Notes: a model not told the origin generated them from the letters alone. DNA of 32,000 bases from an uncultured Chloroflexia bacterium (GCA_963704755.1 OY969938.1:1950001-1982000); one strand, 5' to 3'. Shown: positions 15,764 to 24,781, counted from the first letter of the stretch. A program made the numbers and translations.

Positions 15764-17491
15764 CTATTTCAACCACATTACCTGGTAAGCCTCCAGGCGG
15801 ACTTTGCCCCCAACCGGCACATTGTCTCCGCCAAGCAGGTCCTGGCAAGGACAGCTCGCCCCATCGCCCGGCAAAGCAACCTCCTGCTCGAACGGGGTCA
15901 CATTGACCAGGCAGGTGATCTGCTCGCGGCCATCCAGCGACGTTCGCCGCAGGCCAAACACGGCCGGGCCCAGGGCCAAAACCGCCTGGCCTGCCCGCGG
16001 GTGAAAAGCCGGGTGCTGGCGGCGGATTTGCAGCAGCCGGCGATAGGCCTGAAAGACCCGCGTGTAATGGTGCTGGTCGTCCCGGATGCGGATTTCCAAT
16101 CGGCTCCGGTTGAATTTCTCGCGGTTGATCGAACGTTTCAGCCCGATCTCGTGGACACATTTCTGGCAGTTATGCGAGCCGATCAGGCTGTGAATATAAA
16201 TGCCGGGGATGCCGGCCAGTGAGAGCATGATCGCCTGGGTGGCGATAAACCGCTCCACGTCCAGGGCTTTGTCGGGGAAGAGCGGGTCGTTGAGGAAGTC
16301 GTACAGGGTGATATTCAGCTCGTACACGCTCTGGCTGCGGTCCGGGTTCTCGCGGTACGAGACCTCGCCGCCGTGAGCCAGGGTCTGGTCGATCAACGCC
16401 TGGATCTCGTTGGCTTGCAGCAGCCCGCGCGCCGGCAGAATGCCAATCCCGTCGTGCGAGGCGATGAAATTCACAAAGATGCCGGGAGCGTCCAGCTCGG
16501 CCGCCCAATGGCTGAGTTTTTCGGCGTCCCCGGTGCGGAAGGTATGCAGCACCAGCGGCGCTAAGGGAAACTGGTACACGATCTGGGCCTCATCGGTCTT
16601 GCCGCGACCATCCAGGGGCGCACCGAAATAGCTGATATTCTCGCGGTGGGGCACATTTGTCTCGGTGATCAGCAGCACCTGCGGGGCGACCTCGTCCAGC
16701 ACGGCGCGGATCAGGCGGATCACGGCGTGGGTCTGCGGCAGGTGGATACAGCCGCTGCCGATCTGCTTCCACAGGTAAGCGATCGCGTCCAGGCGCAGGA
16801 TGCGCACGCCCTTTTCCACATAGAAAAGCAGCACAGCCAGGATCTCCAGCAACACCTGGGGATTGGCGTAATTCAGGTCGATCTGGTCTTCACTGAAGGT
16901 GGTCCAGACCTTGCGTTCACCCTGGCGGGTGGCCACCGGGGTCAGCAGCGGCTGCGTCCGCGGTCGGACGACCTGCGACAGGTCTTCGCTCCCGTCCAGG
17001 GTCAGGAAATAATCCCGGTATGGGGCCTGAGCGCTTAAATAGCCCTTGAACCAGCCCGATTCACGCGAGACGTGGTTGATCACCGCATCGACCATCAAAG
17101 AAAACCGGCCTTCCAGCCGGTGGATATCCTCCCAGGAACCCAAATCTGGGTTCACCCGCAGATAATCGATGATCGCGAAGCCGTCGTCGGAAGAATAAGG
17201 AAAAAATGGCAGCACATGGATGATGGAAACCTGGCCAGAGAGATAATTTTCCAAAAATTCGGACAGGGATTGCAGCGGCGGCTTTTCCGGCTCGCTGATC
17301 TGGTCGCCGTAGGTGATCAAAATGGCGTCTTTTTCGCTGAGCGGTTCAAAACCAGGCTTGCCACCAGAGGGATGAGCCAAATGGATTTGATAACGGTTAA
17401 TGATTTTCTCGACATCTGGCATGATATTCCGGGCGGCCCGATCCCCATACAGGAACACCAGTTCCTCCCGGATACGGTCATGACTTGTCAT
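15764..17491 (-). CDS. GH13_18 sugar phosphorylase (sucrose-phosphorylase-like family; true substrate unknown)
   Basis: GH13 catalytic signatures are present: VDAVINHVS, ILRLDAIAYLWK (nucleophile Asp), LITETNVPHRENISYFG (acid/base Glu), FIASHDGIG. Confidence 0.85.
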   Translation of the reverse strand: MTSHDRIREELVFLYGDRAARNIMPDVEKIINRYQIHLAHPSGGKPGFEPLSEKDAILITYGDQISEPEKPPLQSLSEFLENYLSGQVSIIHVLPFFPYSSDDGFAIIDYLRVNPDLGSWEDIHRLEGRFSLMVDAVINHVSRESGWFKGYLSAQAPYRDYFLTLDGSEDLSQVVRPRTQPLLTPVATRQGERKVWTTFSEDQIDLNYANPQVLLEILAVLLFYVEKGVRILRLDAIAYLWKQIGSGCIHLPQTHAVIRLIRAVLDEVAPQVLLITETNVPHRENISYFGAPLDGRGKTDEAQIVYQFPLAPLVLHTFRTGDAEKLSHWAAELDAPGIFVNFIASHDGIGILPARGLLQANEIQALIDQTLAHGGEVSYRENPDRSQSVYELNITLYDFLNDPLFPDKALDVERFIATQAIMLSLAGIPGIYIHSLIGSHNCQKCVHEIGLKRSINREKFNRSRLEIRIRDDQHHYTRVFQAYRRLLQIRRQHPAFHPRAGQAVLALGPAVFGLRRTSLDGREQITCLVNVTPFEQEVALPGDGASCPCQDLLGGDNVPVGGKVRLEAYQVMWLK

Positions 17492-17555
17492 TATTCTGGG
17501 TTCCTCCTGAAGAAGGCCTGGGCCCGGGATTTTTTTTCACGTTTAGGGCATGCAT

Positions 17556-18821
17556 TCATGCCGCCGCCAGAATCATCTGGCGCAGCAGGGGGGTGACGGC
17601 TTCGTAGGAGAAATGCTCGCGGGCAATTTGGTAATTTTTCTCCACCATCCGGCTCCGGCGAACCAGGTCGCCCAATAGCGCCAGCACCGCTTCCGCCGTC
17701 TGTTGGGACACCGCGCCATCGATCTCGACCGTATCGAAGCCCAAGGGGGCAATATCGGCCTGGTAGACCGGGTAGCGGTTGACCATCACCGGCAGGCGGA
17801 AATAGACCGTTTCCAAAAACGCATTGCCAAAGCCCTCGTAAATGCTGGGATAGGTACACAGGTCGGCGTGCACATAGGCGTCCCACAAAGCATAAATTTT
17901 ACCATCCCCGTCCTGGCGAGCCGCTGGCGCGAATTTCTCCGCCGCGTAGCGCAGATCGATATGATCCCGGTGAGCCAGAGCGTGTAACTCGGCCAGGTAC
18001 TCGAAGCCCTCGTCGCCGGCTGCGTGGGTGATCACCAGCACCGGTTTGCGCCGGCCCAGCGCCTTCTGGGATTCGGCCGTAGCCAGCCGCCGCACCAGTT
18101 CGATCGAGCGCTCGATGCCCTTACGGCGGATCACCCGGGTGGGCTGCAGCACGAACAGATCCCGATCGCTCAGGCCGAGCGAGGCGCGCAAGTCGGTGTT
18201 GAAGGTGGTCACGCCCGGTGCAGGCCGGGCAAAGTCGAAGATATTGGGCACGATCACGCCGGACAGGCCCTTGCGCTTCAGCAGAGAGGCCTGCGCCAGC
18301 GAATTAATCACCACGTGCTGGACTGCGGGCAGGTCGGGCGGAAAGCAGCGCTCCAACAGGTCGGGGATGCAGGTGCCGCGGAAGCGCTCGCGTTCCCAGT
18401 AAAAGTCGTGGTGGTGGGCGATGGTCGCGATGCCGCTGTCGGCGATGAGGTTGGTCAGGGCCAACCCCAGGGGGATCTGCATGGGGATGGCCAGGGCGTT
18501 CTCCACAATCAGGCGGTCGATGCGGAAGTCCGCAATGAAGGCTTTGATCTCACGATAGAGTTCTTCCGCCGAGCGCCGGATGGATTCCACGAAACCGGGT
18601 GGGGGAGCCGCAGAACCAAACGCCGCCCGGCTGATTTCGAGCGCTTGCGGGTGGCTGAAGTGCATGGCCGGGATCACCCGGCCTTGCAGGCCGGGGTCCA
18701 GCTCGCCGGCGCAGTAGAACACCTGCTGCCCCAGGCGCTGTAAAATGGCTGCCCACTTGGCGATTTCCAGCGAAACCCCATCCGTTCCGGCCACCCGGGT
18801 TGCGATCACACCGATGCGCAT
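17556..18821 (-). CDS. GT-B fold, GT4-like glycosyltransferase
   Basis: 421-aa ORF. The C-terminal PSIYEGFGNAFLET resembles the GT4 E-x7-E region. The start lies 5 nt after the upstream permease stop. Confidence 0.7.
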   Translation of the reverse strand: MRIGVIATRVAGTDGVSLEIAKWAAILQRLGQQVFYCAGELDPGLQGRVIPAMHFSHPQALEISRAAFGSAAPPPGFVESIRRSAEELYREIKAFIADFRIDRLIVENALAIPMQIPLGLALTNLIADSGIATIAHHHDFYWERERFRGTCIPDLLERCFPPDLPAVQHVVINSLAQASLLKRKGLSGVIVPNIFDFARPAPGVTTFNTDLRASLGLSDRDLFVLQPTRVIRRKGIERSIELVRRLATAESQKALGRRKPVLVITHAAGDEGFEYLAELHALAHRDHIDLRYAAEKFAPAARQDGDGKIYALWDAYVHADLCTYPSIYEGFGNAFLETVYFRLPVMVNRYPVYQADIAPLGFDTVEIDGAVSQQTAEAVLALLGDLVRRSRMVEKNYQIAREHFSYEAVTPLLRQMILAAA

Positions 18822-18826
18822 GGGCC

Positions 18827-19747
18827 TTATCCCTTGACCCCGCCGGCCACCAGGCCCTGCTCGAGGAATTTTTCCAGGCCCAGGAACAGCAGCACCACCG
18901 GCAGGGTCATGATGGTGGATGCTGCCATGACCACGTGCGGCCGCGGGCTGGGGTCGTTGAAGATGGTGTTGACCTTGATCGGCATAGTGAACAGGCTGCG
19001 GCTGTTGAGGAACACGAAGGCGTATAAGAATTCGTTCCAGGCGATCATGAAGGTGTAAATGGCCACCGAGACCATGGCCGGGATGGACAGCGGCAGGGTG
19101 ATCCGCCAGATGACCCCCATGCGAGAACAGCCGTCGATCAGTCCGGCCTGCTCGATCTCGGTGGGAATGGTGCGAAAGTAGTTGGCCAGCATATACAGCG
19201 CCACCGGCAGCGTCTGTGCCAGGTAGGTGATAATCAGGACCACCAGGTTATCCTGGACCTCGAAGCCCAATTTGCTGCCAAGCTGCGAAAGCATGGCGAA
19301 CAGGGGGATGATCAACAATACCCCCGGGATCAAATAGACAATCAAAATGCTGTTGAGCATCAAATTCTTGCCGCGGAATTGCAGGCGGGCGATCGAATAA
19401 GCCCCCAGGGTCGAAAGGATAATGCCGATCAAGGTGGTGGGCAGCGAAACGATCAGGCTGTTGAAAATATTGCGTCCGAAATTCTGGAAACTGGCGTTGG
19501 ACGGGTCGAATAATTCTTTGTACGCATCCAGGCGTAAAGCCGAGGGGATGTACACCGGTGCGCGCCCGCCGATTTCAGCGTAGGTTTTGAAAGACGAGCT
19601 GACCATCCAGTAGAAGGGGAAAAGGATGCTGACCAGGAAAAAGGTTAACGTTACGGCAAAGATGAAGCGCGGCCAGGTGATCCAATCGGCCAGGTGGTCG
19701 ATGAAATTCTTTTGGCGCGCGTGGTTGAAAGAGATCGAATTTTGCAT
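18827..19747 (-). CDS. Carbohydrate ABC transporter permease (MalG-like)
   Basis: EAA loop IEQAGLIDGCSRMGVIWRITLP, multiple TM segments, and GGAGG 5 nt upstream of the ATG. Confidence 0.9.
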   Translation of the reverse strand: MQNSISFNHARQKNFIDHLADWITWPRFIFAVTLTFFLVSILFPFYWMVSSSFKTYAEIGGRAPVYIPSALRLDAYKELFDPSNASFQNFGRNIFNSLIVSLPTTLIGIILSTLGAYSIARLQFRGKNLMLNSILIVYLIPGVLLIIPLFAMLSQLGSKLGFEVQDNLVVLIITYLAQTLPVALYMLANYFRTIPTEIEQAGLIDGCSRMGVIWRITLPLSIPAMVSVAIYTFMIAWNEFLYAFVFLNSRSLFTMPIKVNTIFNDPSPRPHVVMAASTIMTLPVVLLFLGLEKFLEQGLVAGGVKG

Positions 19748-19759
19748 GGTAGCCTCCGT

Positions 19760-20716
19760 TTAATCACTTTCCTCATTGCGCATGACCACCCCAACGTAAA
19801 ATAACATGAACAAAATCAGGATCACTAAAAGGATCATCGACGCTGCCGACCCGCGCCCAAAATCGAACAGGCGGAAGCTGAACTGGTAGCTGAGCACCGG
19901 CAGCACGTTCGTCCCAAATCCTCCGCCGGTGAGCAGGAAAATATCGTCAAATTTATTGAAGGTCCACATCAAACGTAAAAGAAAAATTGCGCCTAAGACG
20001 TAACGCAGTTCAGGCAAGGTAATATAAAAGAATTTTTTGATCGTGTTGGCGCCGTCCACTTCGGCCGCCTCGTAAAGGGTGGTATCGATGGCCTGCAAGC
20101 GGGCCAGGATCATCAGCATGGCAAATGGAAAGTAACGCCAGGCCTCGAAGATAATCACCAGCAGCAGCGCCAGGCCGCGGGTGGCCAGGTAAGCCTTGGG
20201 CAGATCGATCAGGTTCAGGCGCATCAGGATGTCGTTGAGCACGCCGGACGGGCGCGGGTCCAAAATCCAGCGCCAGACGAACGCCACCGAGACGATTGGG
20301 GCCACGTATGGGATCAAGAAAATCGCCCGGGCCAGGCCGCGCCCCTTGAAAGGCCTATTCAAAAGCAGCGCTGCGATCAAGCCGATGACCACCGTCAAAA
20401 TCGTGGCCGTGAAGGAATAGACCAGCGAAGTGACGGCGGCGCCCATGTTTTGCAGGCCCTGGTATTTGAAGGCGAAATCCTGGAATACCCGCGTGTAGTT
20501 TTCCCAGCCCACGAAAGCGGAATGGAAAACGTCGTTCAGGTTGGCCAGGCTGACGTCGTGAAAGCTGATCCAGACGTTGTAAAAGGCCGGGAAAATAACC
20601 AGGCCAAACACAATCAACGCGGTTGGGAGAATCAAGAGCCACGCCAGGCGGGCTTCCCGCGAGCGTAAGGATCTCCCCGGCCTGGTCGCCGTCATTTGGC
20701 TTAGCGTACGATCCAT
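19760..20716 (-). CDS. Carbohydrate ABC transporter permease (MalF-like)
   Basis: EAA loop YEAAEVDGANTIKKFFYITLP. I prefer the ATG at 20716 (GGAGG 9 nt upstream). The track start at 20806 lies inside the 20785-20816 hairpin. Confidence 0.85.
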   Translation of the reverse strand: MDRTLSQMTATRPGRSLRSREARLAWLLILPTALIVFGLVIFPAFYNVWISFHDVSLANLNDVFHSAFVGWENYTRVFQDFAFKYQGLQNMGAAVTSLVYSFTATILTVVIGLIAALLLNRPFKGRGLARAIFLIPYVAPIVSVAFVWRWILDPRPSGVLNDILMRLNLIDLPKAYLATRGLALLLVIIFEAWRYFPFAMLMILARLQAIDTTLYEAAEVDGANTIKKFFYITLPELRYVLGAIFLLRLMWTFNKFDDIFLLTGGGFGTNVLPVLSYQFSFRLFDFGRGSAASMILLVILILFMLFYVGVVMRNEESD

Positions 20717-20784
20717 ACCTTTATTCCTCCAGACCAATTTGTGAAGCAGGTACTCACTGGGCTTTCCTTTATGGTTGAATTTGA

Positions 20785-20816
20785 CCTGTAAGGGGTGCCG
20801 TGACACCCCTTACAGG
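20785..20816 (-). promoter_or_regulatory. Intercistronic 13-bp stem-loop between the binding-protein and permease genes
   Basis: CCTGTAAGGGGTG-CCGTGA-CACCCCTTACAGG. No T-run follows on the minus strand, so it is not a canonical terminator. Confidence 0.5.
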
Positions 20817-20886
20817 TTTTCCGGTGAAGTTGCTGTGACCTGTTTCTTTCCTCGATCTTAGCAGAATTCACTCGAGATGGCAGATA

Positions 20887-22329
20887 TTATTGTTTCTGGC
20901 GGTCGGCTAACAATTGTTCGACCTGGTCTTGCAGCCAGGCAGCGCCGGTCTCGGGCGTCATGGTCCCTTCCAGGGCAATGTTGCTGATGACCTGCGGGAT
21001 CAACAGGCGGCCTTCGATATCGCCGATCACGGCCTGCTCGGTGGCATCATAACCCGGGCGGAACAGCCAACGGCTCATGGTGTCGTAACCATTCGCAATC
21101 TGGTCCAGGGTGTCGCTGCTGTAGTTGGCGAAGTACGGGCTGAGGGTCTTCCAGGTGTCCACAGCATCTTTGGTCACCGGGACTTTACCGAACGGGTCCA
21201 GGCCCAGGATGTCGCTGTAGCCTTGCTGCAGGAAGTACTCGACCACTTGCTGGGCTTCCGGGTCGGCGCCTTTCATGATGGCCAGGGTTACCAACTGGCC
21301 ATAAGTAGCCGAACCGTTCGGGCCTTTCATTTCAGGTGCAAAGCCGGATTTGCTGGCCAGGTCGGATACCGCGAGTTGAACCTTGCCGCCATCCGAGGTG
21401 CCGGAGCCTACCACCAGGTCGTCCATGATATAAGTGGAATAGAACATCATCCCGGACTGATCCAGCTCGTAGGCCTCACGTGAGCCCTGCCAGTATTGCG
21501 GGCCGGGAATGGCGCAGCGCTGCAAGTCGGTGTAGAACTTAAGGGCGGCGATCATCTCGGGGGTGTTCATGGTCACGTTGCCCTGATCGTCAAACGGCCA
21601 AGCATTGTTGGAAATGGCGACCTGCTCGAAGACCTGGTGGCCGTAGTTCTGGCCGGGATCAGTGCCCAACCCAAGGGCATACAGCAAATTCTCGCTGCCG
21701 GGCAGGGCGTCACAGGCGGCGTTGATGTCATCCCAGGTAATGGGCGGGTTCAGGCCGTCCTGCTCGAAGATGTCGCTGCGATACCAGAGCGCCTGGATCC
21801 AGCCGTCGTAGGGTACGGCATCGTACTTGCCGCTGGAAACGTCGGTGACCATTTTGAGCGGGGCTTCACGAAATGAATTTACGCCGATGTTGTTGATGAC
21901 GGCGGTGGAGGCATCTTCGTCTAATAAACCATCCGCAGCGAAGGCCGCCACCCGTTCGACGCCCATGCGGACGATATCGGGTAAGCGGTTGGCCGCCTGG
22001 GCGGTGGCGATCCGCTGCGAGACGCCGGCTTCTTCGATCGGGACGATGCGGACGTCCACGTCAGGATGGTCGGCCATAAAGCGGGCAGCGACGGCTTCGT
22101 AGGCGGTCACCCGGTCCTCTTCGTTGTCCGTCGTCCAGAACTCGACGACCTTCTTGTCCACCGGCGGCGCGGTCACCTGGACGACTTCGGTGACGGGTAC
22201 ATCGCGGGTAACGACCTCGGTAATCACCTCCGGAGCCTGCGTATTTTGAGGGGCGGCGGCTGAGGAGCATTGTGCCAGTACGAGAGAAGCTAGAATCAAC
22301 ACAGTGGTGAGAATCAAAGAGCGTTTCAT
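20887..22329 (-). CDS. ABC transporter extracellular solute-binding lipoprotein (family 1, sugar type)
   Basis: MKRSLILTTVLILASLVLAQC is a signal peptide with a lipobox Cys. AAGGAG lies upstream of the ATG at 22329 (the track start at 22434 is unlikely). Confidence 0.85.
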   Translation of the reverse strand: MKRSLILTTVLILASLVLAQCSSAAAPQNTQAPEVITEVVTRDVPVTEVVQVTAPPVDKKVVEFWTTDNEEDRVTAYEAVAARFMADHPDVDVRIVPIEEAGVSQRIATAQAANRLPDIVRMGVERVAAFAADGLLDEDASTAVINNIGVNSFREAPLKMVTDVSSGKYDAVPYDGWIQALWYRSDIFEQDGLNPPITWDDINAACDALPGSENLLYALGLGTDPGQNYGHQVFEQVAISNNAWPFDDQGNVTMNTPEMIAALKFYTDLQRCAIPGPQYWQGSREAYELDQSGMMFYSTYIMDDLVVGSGTSDGGKVQLAVSDLASKSGFAPEMKGPNGSATYGQLVTLAIMKGADPEAQQVVEYFLQQGYSDILGLDPFGKVPVTKDAVDTWKTLSPYFANYSSDTLDQIANGYDTMSRWLFRPGYDATEQAVIGDIEGRLLIPQVISNIALEGTMTPETGAAWLQDQVEQLLADRQKQ

Positions 22330-22462
22330 CTTTCTCCTTCCTGATCCGAAAGTATGGTTTTGATTAAGGAACATAAATACCACGGTGAGGCCGGTCGGCC
22401 TGCCGTAAAGGCCCGGTATATAGGGGGTGGACACCTCCTTTCGAAAAAAATCGGGTTCGAAG

Positions 22463-23481
22463 TTACTTTGGAGCTTGCCCGCTGGAATGGCGGACGATTA
22501 ACTCCGGTTTAAGAATGACTTGCTGCTCTTCCAGTTTTTCTGCGCGCAGAGTTCGAATGAGCATTTCACAAACACGACTGCCGATCTGGTAAACCGGCTG
22601 CTTCAAGGTCGTCAGGGGCGGGTGGGAATGTTCGGCCATGGGGATATCGTCGAAACCGGTAATGGATATCTCCTTCCCAACCGTCAGGCCCTGATCTTGG
22701 GCAGCGCTCATCGCCCCGAAAGCCATCAGGTCATTACAGCAAAGGATGGCGCTGGGAGGGTCAGACAAATTGAGCAGGTGGTTGGCCACTTCGTAGCCGC
22801 CCGCCTGGGTCAAATCGCCCTGGATGAACCATTCACCCCGGATGGGCAGGTTCAATTCCTCCATCCGCATACGTACCCCGGATAAGCGGTGGGGGAAAAA
22901 TTCAAGTCCGTCGGTGGATAGATGCAGGCAATGGCGCGGTGCCCCAGCTCGTGGAGGTGGTCCACTGCCAGGCGCATCCCGAACTCGGAATCCTCATCCA
23001 CAAAGGGGAAATCGAGCGGCCCTTCCGTGCGGCCGAAGGCCGCAAAAGGGAACCTGGCCGCGCGTAAATAGCTGATACGCGGGTCTTGCTTGCGCGTGCG
23101 CACGATGATAAACCCATCCACGCGTTGGCTTTGCACATTGTGCCGGTAAGCCTGTAATTCCCGCTCTCCTGGCGGATGGGTCGAAACGAGCATGTCGTAG
23201 CCAAACTGAGCGGCCTTGTTGCCCACACCGGCGATGAACTCGCTGAAAAACGGGTCCGAAAAACGCGGCCCAAAGGTGGGCAGGATCAGACCGAGCGTAT
23301 CGGTGTGCTGTTTTTGCAGGCGCTGGGCCATCGAGTTGGGGCTGTAGCCCATCTCCGCCGCCACTTTGCGGACCAATTCCTTCGTCTCCGGGCTGACGTC
23401 GTCGTAATCGGCCAGTGCCCTGGACACGGTAGTGATGGATTTTCCAACCTGGCGAGCAATATCCTTGATCGTCGGCGACAC
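22463..23481 (-). pseudogene. LacI-family transcriptional regulator interrupted by a frameshift, or affected by a homopolymer sequencing error
   Basis: The N-terminal HTH and first half are in ORF 22852-23481 (IKDIARQVGKSITTVSRAL). The C-terminal half is in ORF 22463-22870, in another frame that stays open upstream through 22917. The frames meet at the plus-strand run GGGGGAAAAA (22891-22900). GTG start with AGGAG 5 nt upstream. Confidence 0.8.
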
Positions 23482-23508
23482 GGCAGCTCCTGTAGTTTAG
23501 CGAAGAAG

Positions 23509-23540
23509 GGTGTACAGCCAAAACGTTTTGGCTGTACACC
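23509..23540. promoter_or_regulatory. 32-bp perfect palindrome with a LacI-type core CCAAAACGTTTTGG (candidate operator O1); second copy of the 14-mer at 23550-23563
   Basis: GGTGTACAGCCAAAACGTTTTGGCTGTACACC. The AAACGTTT centre fits the general LacI/GalR operator pattern (CG at the dyad). Confidence 0.55.
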
Positions 23541-23541
23541 T

Positions 23542-23570
23542 ATAATATACCAAAACGTTTTGGGAGTCAA
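23542..23570 (-). promoter_or_regulatory. Sigma-70-type promoter for the LacI gene and probably the sugar operon
   Basis: The minus strand reads TTGACT (23570-23565), a 17-nt spacer CCCAAAACGTTTTGGTA, then TATTAT (23547-23542). The spacer contains the 14-bp operator-like palindrome. Confidence 0.6.
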
Positions 23571-23664
23571 CTATTTTTGGGAGAAACCAGAAAATGCAAT
23601 TATTTTGTAACCGCTCAGACCGTTCTACAGGAACAGCATGTCAACTGCCGTCGCCTGACCCAAA

Positions 23665-24561
23665 CTACACTGTAATGTCGTAGGCCTGGCGGTGGTCCGC
23701 CAGCAGGGCCTGGGCCCGTTCCAGGACGGCCGGCATCAGTCTTCTGCCGCCGCTTTCCTCGGCCAGTTCGTCCACCGTGACCGGCGGCGCAAAGCTCAGG
23801 TCCGCCATGATTTGGACCGTCTGCGGCCAGAGCAACTGCTGGATAATTTGGGTAATTTCGGCGATCCGGCGCCGGTCGATCGGGCGGCGCCGCAAGAAAG
23901 TCAAGGGATTTCCGGCAAACTTTTTGAGCAGCACGCCGCTGGCTACCGCCAGCACCAGGCGTGTCTCCTCAGCCTTACGCAGCATAATTTCCAGGCTGGA
24001 AGACCATTCCTTCAGCGTCGATTCAGTGTGCGGGACGATGCTCGGGTCCGGCTCGATCGTGCCCGAGCCGAATTGCAGCAGGGCGCCGCCGTTCTGCAAA
24101 TGCTGGACTGCTTCGCGCAAGGCCACCATGCGGTCCCCAATTTCGCTATTGGCATACACGAACCATTTATTGGCGTTTTCCATGGCGTGGTAAAAAGGCG
24201 TTTCCCACACCAGGATTTTCAAGTCCTTGCGCGGGATAAATGAGCCCAGGCAGACCAAATCATACGCCCCAGGATGATTGGAGACGATCAACAGCGGCCC
24301 TTCGGCCGGGATGTTCTCGATCCCGCGCGCGTTGACCTGGATGCCGAAATCCTGGACCACACTCTTACAGCCCGAAGGCATACCGCCCACCCCGATCGCC
24401 TCGTCCGCTCGGGCAAAGATGCCGGCAAACCGGTTGGTCGGCGGATAAACCAGCCAGCCGAAGGTACGCCGGATAAAGCTGTCTCGCTTCAGCCCCAGGC
24501 CTAGAAAAATTTCATCGGTAATACGCTCACGTAACTGGTCAATTTGTAATTTTGCTGTCAT
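23665..24561 (-). CDS. Lysophospholipid/1-acylglycerol-3-phosphate acyltransferase family protein (PlsC-like)
   Basis: LLIVSNHPGAYD contains the H-x4-D acyltransferase motif. I chose the ATG at 24561 (MTAKLQ...) within ORF 23665-24588. Confidence 0.7.
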   Translation of the reverse strand: MTAKLQIDQLRERITDEIFLGLGLKRDSFIRRTFGWLVYPPTNRFAGIFARADEAIGVGGMPSGCKSVVQDFGIQVNARGIENIPAEGPLLIVSNHPGAYDLVCLGSFIPRKDLKILVWETPFYHAMENANKWFVYANSEIGDRMVALREAVQHLQNGGALLQFGSGTIEPDPSIVPHTESTLKEWSSSLEIMLRKAEETRLVLAVASGVLLKKFAGNPLTFLRRRPIDRRRIAEITQIIQQLLWPQTVQIMADLSFAPPVTVDELAEESGGRRLMPAVLERAQALLADHRQAYDITV

Positions 24562-24616
24562 ATCGAATCCACCCTTAATCAATAACATCCAAACAACTGA
24601 AAAGATACGTATTTCG

Positions 24617-24780
24617 CTGTTAACGCCAGGGCGATTGCAGCCTGCCTGCTTTTCGAGGGCAATTCCCCAAAGAATGGGTTTTTGAGTGTTATTGTGGGGC
24701 GTAGCCCCACAATAACACTCAAAATTATCTCTCTGTTGGGGCTAAATTGGCATGATGCGATTGCCCTGCTGTTAACGCCA
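24617..24780 (+). mobile_element. MITE-like element, copy B (140-bp core 24629-24768 plus 12-bp direct repeats)
   Basis: Direct repeat CTGTTAACGCCA at 24617-24628 and 24769-24780. Same termini and central hairpin (24680-24724) as copy A. Confidence 0.7.
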
Positions 24781-24781
24781 A

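Noticed and set aside
17510-17545. Short GC palindrome (CCCGGG) followed by T8 on the plus strand, as a terminator
   Set aside because: Its orientation is wrong for the flanking minus-strand genes (on their strand it is an A-run), and the stem is very short.
22880-22900. Programmed -1 ribosomal frameshifting to join the two LacI halves
   Set aside because: The junction (AAT TTT TCC CCC) is not a canonical X-XXY-YYZ slippery heptamer, and I saw no obvious downstream stimulatory structure. A 1-nt indel or read error in the homopolymer is a simpler explanation.
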